A stretch of DNA of 64,000 nt, from positions 9,853-73,852 of IMG/VR virus record IMGVR_UViG_3300025646_005060; one strand, 5' to 3'. Shown one piece after another: positions 38,802 to 48,097 of the stretch. The translations under genes were made by a program, and so were the position numbers. How positions within the stretch are numbered: position 1 is the first letter of the stretch; each line of letters starts with the position of its first letter. Origin of the DNA: a virus. The notes beneath the pieces are model-generated. The model was not told the origin of the DNA. It did no database searches and saw only the letters and a program-made list of their open reading frames with translations.

Positions 38802-39917
38802 TTACATTCTCAATCTTGTTTCAATGGCAGCAATTCTGCTCTCAAAATTATTTAGGGTTGATTCTACATTCACTTCGCTAGTACCAACATACATTTCGGT
38901 TGCCGTAATGCTGTTGATTGAAGCATTGGTAGGAACCGAAACTCTGGTTCCAGTTGGACTGACTTTGAGTCCTACCTTAATTGTCTGTGGAACCGTGATT
39001 GATGCTCCACTCTTTCCTGTAATTCTGACAGGTTGAGTCAATGATACGATTGGAGTGTTTACTGCGTAAATTGAAGTAGCAGTAATCGTACTCTTTGTAT
39101 TTCCACTCGTTGTCGTGAAAGAAGCAAGTTTATTAGTTGATGCGAGAGATGTATTTGGTGCTCTGAACACATAAACATATTTGTTTGCGTAGTCAACAGA
39201 AACAACAGTTCCGTCGTAGGTTGAAGTTGTTTGAGATACTTTATTATTTGGAGCAATTGCTCCAGAAACAGAATCAAGAGTCAGTCTTTCAACATATCCA
39301 TATTGTGTTCCGTACTTCGCATAGAAATCTGGATAATCCCCAATTGGAAGTTCATGCGAAACAGAAGCATCAACATATCCCTCGTCAAATGTTCCAGAAC
39401 CGATCAAGAATGTAAAGTTTCCAACTGAGTCGTCGGCAAACGATGCTTCAATGTCACCACCGATCTTGTATCCCAAGTAATTGATCACAACACCAGTGAA
39501 TGCTCCGTGTGGTGCTACTTGATATACGGGTTTGACAATATGATCAAGATCTGTTGGAGCAAGATTTTGAAGAACACCAGCAGTCTCTCCACTGAGGAAG
39601 TAAATGTCGTTTCCACCCGATCCGCCACCAGAACCCATATCGGCAAATTTGGTAGAATCAAGATTTACAGATCCGTAAATGACTACGCCGAATGTAGATG
39701 ATGTGGCACTTTCAATCACTCCAAAAACTTCTGAAGTATCGGCAGCATTTGCGATTGCGGCAGTATATCCAGATGTCGCAATATCGTAACGAATTACATC
39801 TCCAAGTGTCAGTCCACTGACAAATGGAATACTGACGAAGAGTCGTGAACCACCTTGTGAGACACTTATGGTGTTGAGTGATGCTTGGATATTTGAACTG
39901 CTGCTACAACTTGGCAT
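38802..39917 (-). CDS. Putative virion structural / fibre-associated protein
   Basis: Shares the G.T.G.V.R....YT.AIAN....EV.GV...YFL....G module with the neighbouring 781-aa ORF; C-terminal coiled coil RIAAIE. Confidence 0.5.
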   Translation of the reverse strand: MPSCSSSSNIQASLNTISVSQGGSRLFVSIPFVSGLTLGDVIRYDIATSGYTAAIANAADTSEVFGVIESATSSTFGVVIYGSVNLDSTKFADMGSGGGSGGNDIYFLSGETAGVLQNLAPTDLDHIVKPVYQVAPHGAFTGVVINYLGYKIGGDIEASFADDSVGNFTFLIGSGTFDEGYVDASVSHELPIGDYPDFYAKYGTQYGYVERLTLDSVSGAIAPNNKVSQTTSTYDGTVVSVDYANKYVYVFRAPNTSLASTNKLASFTTTSGNTKSTITATSIYAVNTPIVSLTQPVRITGKSGASITVPQTIKVGLKVSPTGTRVSVPTNASINSITATEMYVGTSEVNVESTLNNFESRIAAIETRLRM

Positions 39918-39928
39918 GGGTTACTCTC

Positions 39929-42274
39929 TTAGATTGGATAACTGGCATCTGCTACGATATGACAATTCAATACATCATAGGGAACACTACCCGACGAAAT
40001 ATTTATTTTAACCGAGGTTTCATCTGACGAAGTATTCACTGTTGGAGTTCCAAGTTTAGAAACTCTGTTTTGACTGGCATATCCAATAGTTCCACTTGTA
40101 TTCTTGAGATCTCTTCCTGCGGTGTAGTTGTAGACTTCATTGACAACACCAGTAAGTGGAGAATAAAGAGCAACCGTGGGTTCGCTTCTCATTCGCGTTG
40201 GAAGTTGGAAAACACCAAATGGTGCGGTTGGTAATTGACTAAATCCAAAAGTATTCAATGATGGATTTGTGGAAGACAACATGGTCTTTGATCCAATCAA
40301 TTGATTTTCCTTATAGGTTGAGAAGTAGAATCTCTGTGCTTTTCTGAGTTTATCGGGATACTTCTCAAACTGATGTGGTGGGTTTGCGTATGTTCCGACA
40401 TAGACACACATAGAAGCAAAACTGACATACAATCCAGTTCCCGTGGCAACCGAAGAATCAAACGCAGTCTCTACTAAAGGAATTAGATCCAAACCAATTT
40501 CAACATAATCGTCTGTGTATGATGATGCTGGAAGAGAGTCAACATCGTAATTTATTACATGCTTATTCCATGAAGTCTGGAGTGAGATTGTTCCAATCGT
40601 AGTCTTGCTTACTTGCGATCCACCAGAGTAACGAGCGAAATATACATTCGCGGTATATGATGGAAGACTGCACTTGGCATAGAAACTGACGGTGATTGAA
40701 GATCCGTTGAATGTCTCAATATCTTCAATGACATGACCTACTGAATACACACCACCCGCAGGATCTGCTCCACCAGGATCGGCAACACACTTGAGATCTA
40801 TGTAATATTCTGGATTTCCTTCAACATCAGTGCTTGTGACTGCGAAAGATTGTCTCTGAATGTATTGAGCACTTCCAGCAGCAATTCCAGATTGACGACG
40901 AATCCAGTTATCGGCAAAGTAGATATCACCAGAGGTGGAGTATTGTGACTTGCCAGTATTTCTTTGCCATACAGAGAAGTCACCATTGAACGCATTGTTC
41001 AGCAATCCACTACTGAAAGTTGTGGCAGAACTCGTTGAACGTAGACTGTTGGTTATCTCTAGTTGTTCTGTTGGTTTTGGATTGACATACCAATAAGTAG
41101 GTGAAGAATCAAAGACAAAACCAAGTTGATATGAAACCCTGTCTATTGTGCTATATAGTGGTTGTGGAACCATCTGCTGAGTGATGCCAGAAGCATTAAC
41201 CTCATATGTAAACCCATTAAGATTCCAGGATCCTCTCTTTTCTCCAGTATATTGAGAAATACTTTCTGGAATTATAGTACTTGTTCCCTTGATGATAATC
41301 TGATAAAGATTTTCATTTGAGGTCGGAGTATCTGGAGTCACAGATTCAATCATACCGACAATGAAATTTTCTTCATGGGCATAGTCCTGAATGGCAGATG
41401 TATCGTCTGTGTTTATATCATAAGCATAGAATTTACTTCCAGACAAGAACCATCCATCTATAGCAGTTCTTCCTGTATTTGTCAGAACCTGATTGAAGAA
41501 TGTATTTCCTGCCAGAATTCCAGGAGCATATGATATGAAATTTCCTGCCGAGAATCCATGATCGCTTGGATTTGTTGGATTGTTTGATATGGCAACATAA
41601 ACACGATTTGCTCCAGATTCACCACCACCAGCAACTGACGAGTTTAAGTAATTTCCACGATATGGAACAATGACTCCTGAAGTTTCACTCAAACCAAGAA
41701 TTACTGGTTTGGAAACTTGTCCAAGAGTAGAAGGTTCAGTGACTGTAATCTGTCCGTGATTGCTTGGATCTAGGAAGTAAACACATCCTGGAGATAAGGT
41801 TCCACCAGCAACATCAGAAAAGTCTCCATCAATCTTTCCAGAGATCGTCACGATTGAGTATGAATCCTCAATGGAAGAAAGAACACCTACCACTTCTGCG
41901 GCATCTGGGTCATTGGCAATTGCGAATGTATATCCATCTGTGGTGATTCTGACCACCGTGCCGAAAGTAAATCCAGAAGTACCTGTGGTAATTCCTGAAA
42001 TTCTATAGGAAAGGTTTGGAAGATTTACATTTCCACTGAAGACGATATCTCCAGCAAAAGTCAATCCAGTTGCGATTGTGCCAGATGTTCCACCGATACT
42101 AAGAGTGACAAGTCCGCTTGTGGCATTTAATGACGCAAGAATACCATCACCACCAGTAACACTAGATACTTGTGCTAGGTTTAACTTGGAAATGATTTCA
42201 TCATTTTCTTTTATGAACCAATCATAAAATGTTGAATTTCCAGTTAATTGTGAAATTGAATCATTGAACGCCAT
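39929..42274 (-). CDS. Putative tail fibre / structural protein with C-terminal carbohydrate-binding-like domain
   Basis: N-terminal STFYDW; NGDFSVWQR...ADNW...ITVSFYAK...LRKAQRFY pattern seen in phage fibre tips. Confidence 0.55.
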   Translation of the reverse strand: MAFNDSISQLTGNSTFYDWFIKENDEIISKLNLAQVSSVTGGDGILASLNATSGLVTLSIGGTSGTIATGLTFAGDIVFSGNVNLPNLSYRISGITTGTSGFTFGTVVRITTDGYTFAIANDPDAAEVVGVLSSIEDSYSIVTISGKIDGDFSDVAGGTLSPGCVYFLDPSNHGQITVTEPSTLGQVSKPVILGLSETSGVIVPYRGNYLNSSVAGGGESGANRVYVAISNNPTNPSDHGFSAGNFISYAPGILAGNTFFNQVLTNTGRTAIDGWFLSGSKFYAYDINTDDTSAIQDYAHEENFIVGMIESVTPDTPTSNENLYQIIIKGTSTIIPESISQYTGEKRGSWNLNGFTYEVNASGITQQMVPQPLYSTIDRVSYQLGFVFDSSPTYWYVNPKPTEQLEITNSLRSTSSATTFSSGLLNNAFNGDFSVWQRNTGKSQYSTSGDIYFADNWIRRQSGIAAGSAQYIQRQSFAVTSTDVEGNPEYYIDLKCVADPGGADPAGGVYSVGHVIEDIETFNGSSITVSFYAKCSLPSYTANVYFARYSGGSQVSKTTIGTISLQTSWNKHVINYDVDSLPASSYTDDYVEIGLDLIPLVETAFDSSVATGTGLYVSFASMCVYVGTYANPPHQFEKYPDKLRKAQRFYFSTYKENQLIGSKTMLSSTNPSLNTFGFSQLPTAPFGVFQLPTRMRSEPTVALYSPLTGVVNEVYNYTAGRDLKNTSGTIGYASQNRVSKLGTPTVNTSSDETSVKINISSGSVPYDVLNCHIVADASYPI

Positions 42275-42285
42275 TTATAATCCTC

Positions 42286-43035
42286 TTATTGTGCGGTTAA
42301 ATCTGTTGCTGGGACTGTTATTGATTGCCCATCTATGAATGTGGCAGTTCCATTCGAATTATATTGTAGAAGTGGCAGGAATGTTGTACTATATGTGCCA
42401 GTAATTCTTACTTGTACTTCGGTGAATGACATCTTAAAGCGTGAAGCACCACATGTATTTTCAGTCACTGTGTTTCCCTGTGAATTGTCTCTGAGTTCAT
42501 CGTCTTGAATAGTAGGCGCATTTTCATCTGAATTTGTACAATCTCCTGCCGCACAGCACGATACGACTTGAGGAAGAACTTCAAATCCAATAATGGCATT
42601 TGCGTTTACCTGCTGTGCTGTAAATTCTTCTTGAGATGTAAATGCCTGGTCATTGTAAATCCAGAAACTCAACTTGCTAGTAAAATCGGTCCAAAGATAC
42701 CACCCCTCGTTTACTGTAATATTGATGGTCAATGTGCTTCCGCTAAAAGATATTGGAGCATTGATTGTGATATAATTTGGATCAAGAGGAATTGCTCCCT
42801 CCCAGAAAGGAATATTAAACCCCTCTCTCATCCAATTGGCATTCATTCTTTGAGTAAGACTTTGATTGATAAAAAATAATTCCTGAATTTCGTTCAATTC
42901 AGATGCCTGAAGAGCATATCCAGGATTAAATGGAAGCAAGTAAAAATTCTCAGATGGATCTAAATTTAATTTAGTCTGATATCTGCTATTGTAAGGAGCA
43001 ATTGATAAAGGTAGAGTTCCAAACGGTGATGGCAT
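42286..43035 (-). CDS. DUF4815-like baseplate-associated protein (short form)
   Basis: APYNSRY...FYLLPFNPGYALQASELNEIQ resembles the DUF4815 N-terminus; directly downstream of gp8. Confidence 0.55.
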   Translation of the reverse strand: MPSPFGTLPLSIAPYNSRYQTKLNLDPSENFYLLPFNPGYALQASELNEIQELFFINQSLTQRMNANWMREGFNIPFWEGAIPLDPNYITINAPISFSGSTLTINITVNEGWYLWTDFTSKLSFWIYNDQAFTSQEEFTAQQVNANAIIGFEVLPQVVSCCAAGDCTNSDENAPTIQDDELRDNSQGNTVTENTCGASRFKMSFTEVQVRITGTYSTTFLPLLQYNSNGTATFIDGQSITVPATDLTAQ

Positions 43036-43038
43036 TTA

Positions 43039-44775
43039 TTACATTCCTTTTACCATATTTATACGAATAATTACAGAATCAATATCGGATATGGGTAGAT
43101 TTGTAGTTAGTTTTGTAGTTGACAATACAGAACCAGTGTATTGTTGAAATACTGGTTTTGAAACAATCGTAGTGATATTGGCATCCTTTGAGGTTGAAGT
43201 CAATTCTCCATCAACCATATCATCAGCATCAGAATATAAAATATTCTTCAACTCCACAAGTTCTGTTGTGGCAGAAGTTGCCGAAACTCCTCCGACCTTA
43301 CCATCGGTTATGGTCTTGTCAGTGGAACCCTTGGTATATGTTATTATATACTTTTCGTCTGTTTCTGGAAGTCCACCTCTGGTGTACTGTATGGTTGCCT
43401 TTACTGTGGTTCTAAAGATATAATCAAGTTTCTTGTTCAGATCAGATCCAGTAGTGACTGAAGTGGAAGTTGAGATTCCCGTTGGATTCTCTACAAGTCC
43501 GAAGAAATTAACACTTTCTGGTAATAGAATTCCAGCACTCTCTATATCTTGCTTTTTCAAACGAGCATCAATCATTACATGCTGAGATCCGAGAACATTC
43601 ACAGGATCAAATCCGAGTCCGTCTATTGTATCAAGATTTACATCAATTGCCGCCACCAGAACACTTTCAATCCAAGAAGCGCCACTTAATATTCCATTTG
43701 CGAGAGAAACTGTAATGTCTCTGTATCCAGATCCTACAGAAATTATCTCAATTCCATCTACGACATAATTATTTTCAAGAATTGAGGTCAGAAGACGAAT
43801 TCTTCCACCAGAACCAGTATTGCTGGTGATCGTCAATTCAGGATTTGCGGTGGTAACAGTGAGTTGCTTTTTGGTAAAGGCACTCAGATCAATTGCCACA
43901 GATACGATAGATCCTTCTTCTAGATTGTCGTTAATATTGCACTGATACAAATACCAATATGGAGAAGAAGTGGTCAACTGATTGTTTGCTATTAAATTGC
44001 CAATTTCAGTAAACTTATCATTGATTGTAATTGAAGTTGGAATGGTATCTCCATCTTCATAGAAAACAGAAACAAAGTTTTCATTGTTTCTCATTAAGTA
44101 ATAGCAATCGGAGCATGTGATATTTTCTGCCGTTGTGAAAAGATCTCCAATTTGGTATTCTATGGTATCTTCGTCGTTGTCTGTGTTTAGTGCTTTTTTC
44201 GCATATATCGCGCAATTGCCAGTGAGAGTGGTGAAACCAACACCGCAACGATCTTGTGCTTGTTGAAGTTGTGTCTTTTGATCTCCACTGTCAAATGTAT
44301 CCAAGGATACCACAGGAATCCACTGTGCGGATACAAATCTTTCCAATCCAGATGTCACTCTGTACATCGGACGCCATGCGTATCCATCGGAGTAGCGAAC
44401 AATGCCAGCAGTGTGTGTTGGTCGTATAGTAGAGACTATATCCTGTACATCTTTTCTATTTTTTGCGTTATTGGAAACGCAAAGATAAACATATCCGTTC
44501 TCGGAATTGTATGCATAAAAATTATCAGTATTGACCGAAACCGCAGACCATGGTCTGTAATAGTTTGATCGTGACCAACGAACGTTTGGAATAACTGCCG
44601 AAAGACTGTTTTGACCAACTCTTACTGAAAAATCAGATTGTCTCCATACATCAATTCCACTCTGAGTAGAGTTTGAAGAAGTAGATGCTTCATCTGAACC
44701 AACAAAGACAAATAATTGACTTTTGGTTCCAGCATCTGCTATAAATTTTTTAACATTATTGCTTTTTATACTCAT
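43039..44775 (-). CDS. gp8: Baseplate wedge subunit (gp8)
   Basis: VIPNVRW, FYAYN....VYLCVSN, STIRPTH, DGYAWRPMY, QWIPV. Confidence 0.85.
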   Translation of the reverse strand: MSIKSNNVKKFIADAGTKSQLFVFVGSDEASTSSNSTQSGIDVWRQSDFSVRVGQNSLSAVIPNVRWSRSNYYRPWSAVSVNTDNFYAYNSENGYVYLCVSNNAKNRKDVQDIVSTIRPTHTAGIVRYSDGYAWRPMYRVTSGLERFVSAQWIPVVSLDTFDSGDQKTQLQQAQDRCGVGFTTLTGNCAIYAKKALNTDNDEDTIEYQIGDLFTTAENITCSDCYYLMRNNENFVSVFYEDGDTIPTSITINDKFTEIGNLIANNQLTTSSPYWYLYQCNINDNLEEGSIVSVAIDLSAFTKKQLTVTTANPELTITSNTGSGGRIRLLTSILENNYVVDGIEIISVGSGYRDITVSLANGILSGASWIESVLVAAIDVNLDTIDGLGFDPVNVLGSQHVMIDARLKKQDIESAGILLPESVNFFGLVENPTGISTSTSVTTGSDLNKKLDYIFRTTVKATIQYTRGGLPETDEKYIITYTKGSTDKTITDGKVGGVSATSATTELVELKNILYSDADDMVDGELTSTSKDANITTIVSKPVFQQYTGSVLSTTKLTTNLPISDIDSVIIRINMVKGM

Positions 44776-44785
44776 TTGTAGTCTC

Positions 44786-45949
44786 TTATGGTGGCAATAT
44801 TATTGTACATTCGGATCCACTGTTTGGAGATCCCAACTCTGCGGGATAACACATTTCAATTAAAGTACTAATATTTATGTCAAACAATGTATTTGTGGTA
44901 TATTGTCCATTCCAATTTGGGAATAGATGAGTAGGACCAGAAAATCCAGTATTACCGTTTACGCAATATGCCTGATAATTCAATCCGATAAAAGTAAACC
45001 CTTGCGCTGCTGCTTCAGCAGTCCACCCATCGGCAATGTAAAGATTGCTGGTAGATGAAGAATAATCGTTTCCTATGACATATCCAGAATAATTTCTCAG
45101 TATGGGAAGTTCACATACTGTTGGATTATCTTCGTCAAACAATGGTCCTTGGTAATCCGAAAGAAGATGCTCATATACGATCTTAAGACCAGCAGGATGC
45201 ATTATGTCTTTATAGATTTGCTTATATGAATTTACATCCACTCCAGTCTTGATGAGATATGACCAATCCTGAATCCAGTTTCCATCCTGCATTCTGGATC
45301 CATTCAAGTGACTTCCACTCAAATCATTGGTGATGTCGTAATCTCCAGTTCTACCTATTGGAAATGAATAGACCGAATCTGGAAAGCGACCACCGTTCAG
45401 ACGTAAAATGTTTTTCTTTGGAACATCAATTCCTATATTTTCCTCAGATACACCAAATAATTTTATGAAAAAGTAACGAATTGCGTCTTCTGTTGTTTTC
45501 TTCTGATGAATTGCTCTTCGTATTCCGTTGAGAAACTTTCTAAGATTTTCTTCGGAAACAGCACCACCATTAGATTTCAGTGCCTCTGGAACGAATCCAT
45601 TGGCATAAGTATCTGCCAGTCTCTCTAAAAACTGACTTCTGGTTCTGTCTATGTCAATCAGATCTAAAAAGTCTTGACTCAATTCATATTGAGCACCGCT
45701 TTCATTGTCACAGTACAACCAGTCATAATACTTCTGTAGAAAGTCAAATACGTTGACACCAGACAATCCATCTTCTTCTCTTGATTTCTTTTCCTGAACG
45801 ATCCAAAGAGGTATTTGACTTGTTATGTCATAATTTGTAGGACAAGATCTTCCAAATAACAAAGAAGTCAATTCATCAATAGTAGTGCTTAACTCTGCTA
45901 ATTGATTTCTTGGTGTTTCTGTTTGAGTGTTGACTACGGAAGGTATCAT
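44786..45949 (-). CDS. gp7: Baseplate wedge initiator (gp7-like, short)
   Basis: FLQKYYDWL, KKTTEDAIRYFF..LFG, MQDG..IQDWSY.IK, MHPAGLK; lies between gp6 and gp8. Confidence 0.7.
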   Translation of the reverse strand: MIPSVVNTQTETPRNQLAELSTTIDELTSLLFGRSCPTNYDITSQIPLWIVQEKKSREEDGLSGVNVFDFLQKYYDWLYCDNESGAQYELSQDFLDLIDIDRTRSQFLERLADTYANGFVPEALKSNGGAVSEENLRKFLNGIRRAIHQKKTTEDAIRYFFIKLFGVSEENIGIDVPKKNILRLNGGRFPDSVYSFPIGRTGDYDITNDLSGSHLNGSRMQDGNWIQDWSYLIKTGVDVNSYKQIYKDIMHPAGLKIVYEHLLSDYQGPLFDEDNPTVCELPILRNYSGYVIGNDYSSSTSNLYIADGWTAEAAAQGFTFIGLNYQAYCVNGNTGFSGPTHLFPNWNGQYTTNTLFDINISTLIEMCYPAELGSPNSGSECTIILPP

Positions 45950-47694
45950 TATAGTAGTGTTATGTTATTTGCGTTGAATGACGTTAAATTATTCAGTCCA
46001 CTGCGGAATGTCTTGTATCTGAAATAGATTTTCAATCTGGCACTGGTTCCTGGAGAAATGATTCCAGATTTAATATTCAACACACCCTTAGATGCTATGA
46101 AATAACCAAAGTCTCCAGTCAACTGCTGTTCAGTTCCTGTCGTTTCGTTTTGGGTCCAAAGTTGAAGAGCAATTCTTGTATTCTTTGCTGATGTTGTCTG
46201 TGCGTATATCTTGAATACACCCTTGGTTCCTGCTGGTTGTGCTCCAAATGTATTCACGTCAAGATCAAATGGTTCTGAGATATCGGTAGGAGTAAATAGT
46301 GGAAGATAGAATTCATTTTCAAGATTGAATGTGTATTCTCTTCCAGCATTGATATCTTCCTGTAGATATATCTCAAAGTCATCTGTGGATATTATGAGTT
46401 CATTTTCATATTCCTCTTGTGCTCGCGTAATGAAATCTGAAGCACTGAAGAAAATATTGTATGAGTTTTGTACTGCAAATTCGCTATTGAATAGTGAGCG
46501 AATTCCACTCAACACCGAAGAACGATTCGAAGTAGTCGAAGATATCTTGAAGTTGAAATCAGTATAAATGTTTATTGAATTTGATTCAATGTATTCTGGA
46601 AGTACGGTAATGACACTTCTTTCTTTCAAGAAGTTTATCATTTCCGCTATTTCTTCTTCGGTCAAACTTTCATTTGAAGCAATGAACACTCTTCCAAATC
46701 TGGATGGAGATAGATCTTGACCTCCGAACACATTGAATTTTGTCTCGTCTGTGAAGAACCCTGCTTCAAGTAGAAGTGCTTTGTAGTCGTTGGGAGTTAC
46801 TGCTCTCTCCTGAGCGGAGAACCATTTGGGTGCTAGAAAACGAACACTGTCAAGATCTGGATTATTTTTTCCACCACTTGCCTGTGAAACGGTAATCACT
46901 ATTGCTCCTGGAAGAGTGAAATTGATCAAACCATTTCCAGATACACCATTTGTTTCCAAATAACGAACCCTGATACTTGATGTGTCTTCTCCGATTGCCT
47001 TTCCTAGAGAATTCACGGAACCAAAAACGACTGCGAATCCATTTGGTGTTCTTTCTATGAAGTAGATTCTTTCATCTACTTGTGAAGCATATCCGATGGA
47101 ATCCACCTTTGTCCAGACATACTCAATCTCATCCTCAACGGTGATTACACGAATCGTGCTCAAATCAAAAGAATCAGTGACAAATACAATCTTTTGATTA
47201 TCAAAGTCAAAGTCTGGAAACACTTCGGCATCAATGTATGCAGAAGCTTCGTATATATTGAAAGAAGAAGCAGATCCATCAATTACTGGAATATCTTCAA
47301 GTGTGAATAGAGAAAACTGTACACCATCAGAGTTTTTAGAAGTAAACTGAGTTCCTTCTGCCAATGATGTTATGGAAGCACCAAGTCCAGCAACACTGAC
47401 CGTAGCAATCGCGGCAGTTCTTGCGGGAACGGTATACCCTAATGGTTTAACCAATGAAATGACCGAAGATTCTCTCTGTGCGCTGTCAAGAAATGCTTCG
47501 GCATTGATTATATTCGCATAGTAGGCATAAAAGTAAGTGTTATATGCCATGAGATCAATCATGGTCCGTAGAGCACTTCCTTCAAAGTTATATCCAGAAA
47601 ATATTGACTGATTTCTTAAATAATCAGTCAGACTCTTTTTGATATCTGTGAACTCTAAATTGCCTAAAGTTGTTGGTGTTCTGGATACTGCCAT
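45949..47694 (-). CDS. gp6: Baseplate wedge subunit (gp6)
   Basis: LEFTDIK.SL..YL..Q..FSGYNFEGS, LMAYNTY, EAFLDSAQ.ESSV, LGY.P, QERAVT.NDY. Confidence 0.95.
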   Translation of the reverse strand: MAVSRTPTTLGNLEFTDIKKSLTDYLRNQSIFSGYNFEGSALRTMIDLMAYNTYFYAYYANIINAEAFLDSAQRESSVISLVKPLGYTVPARTAAIATVSVAGLGASITSLAEGTQFTSKNSDGVQFSLFTLEDIPVIDGSASSFNIYEASAYIDAEVFPDFDFDNQKIVFVTDSFDLSTIRVITVEDEIEYVWTKVDSIGYASQVDERIYFIERTPNGFAVVFGSVNSLGKAIGEDTSSIRVRYLETNGVSGNGLINFTLPGAIVITVSQASGGKNNPDLDSVRFLAPKWFSAQERAVTPNDYKALLLEAGFFTDETKFNVFGGQDLSPSRFGRVFIASNESLTEEEIAEMINFLKERSVITVLPEYIESNSINIYTDFNFKISSTTSNRSSVLSGIRSLFNSEFAVQNSYNIFFSASDFITRAQEEYENELIISTDDFEIYLQEDINAGREYTFNLENEFYLPLFTPTDISEPFDLDVNTFGAQPAGTKGVFKIYAQTTSAKNTRIALQLWTQNETTGTEQQLTGDFGYFIASKGVLNIKSGIISPGTSARLKIYFRYKTFRSGLNNLTSFNANNITLL

Positions 47695-48089
47695 TATCTG
47701 TTCCTTGATATTTGAATATTTATTTCATCTTGAACATTTCCTTCTTCCAAGAGATAACTAAAATATAAAGTTATAGTATTTGGCAAGTCTGGGTCAAATT
47801 CAAACCGAATGTCCCGAATTGAAATTCTTGGTTCATATCCAGCAAATGCACTTTGAATTCTTGCTTGCATCTCTATGTGCATTTCCGATGTGTTGTTTTC
47901 AAACAACGAATTGAATAGATTACATCCAAATCCATAATCAAATGGTCTTTCTCCGACATTTGACAACAGAATGTTCTTAATTGATTGACGAACCGCACTT
48001 AAATTACGAGAAATGTTCAAATCACCAGTAAACGTATTGCTACTGATAAAGAACGGAATGTCTGCGTAATTGTTGGTAAATGCTTTCAT
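47694..48089 (-). CDS. gp25: Baseplate wedge subunit / sheath initiator (gp25)
   Basis: AVRQSIKNILL.N.GERPF..GFG..L...LFE, YEPRI. Confidence 0.95.
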   Translation of the reverse strand: MKAFTNNYADIPFFISSNTFTGDLNISRNLSAVRQSIKNILLSNVGERPFDYGFGCNLFNSLFENNTSEMHIEMQARIQSAFAGYEPRISIRDIRFEFDPDLPNTITLYFSYLLEEGNVQDEINIQISRNR

Positions 48090-48097
48090 ATAATTAT

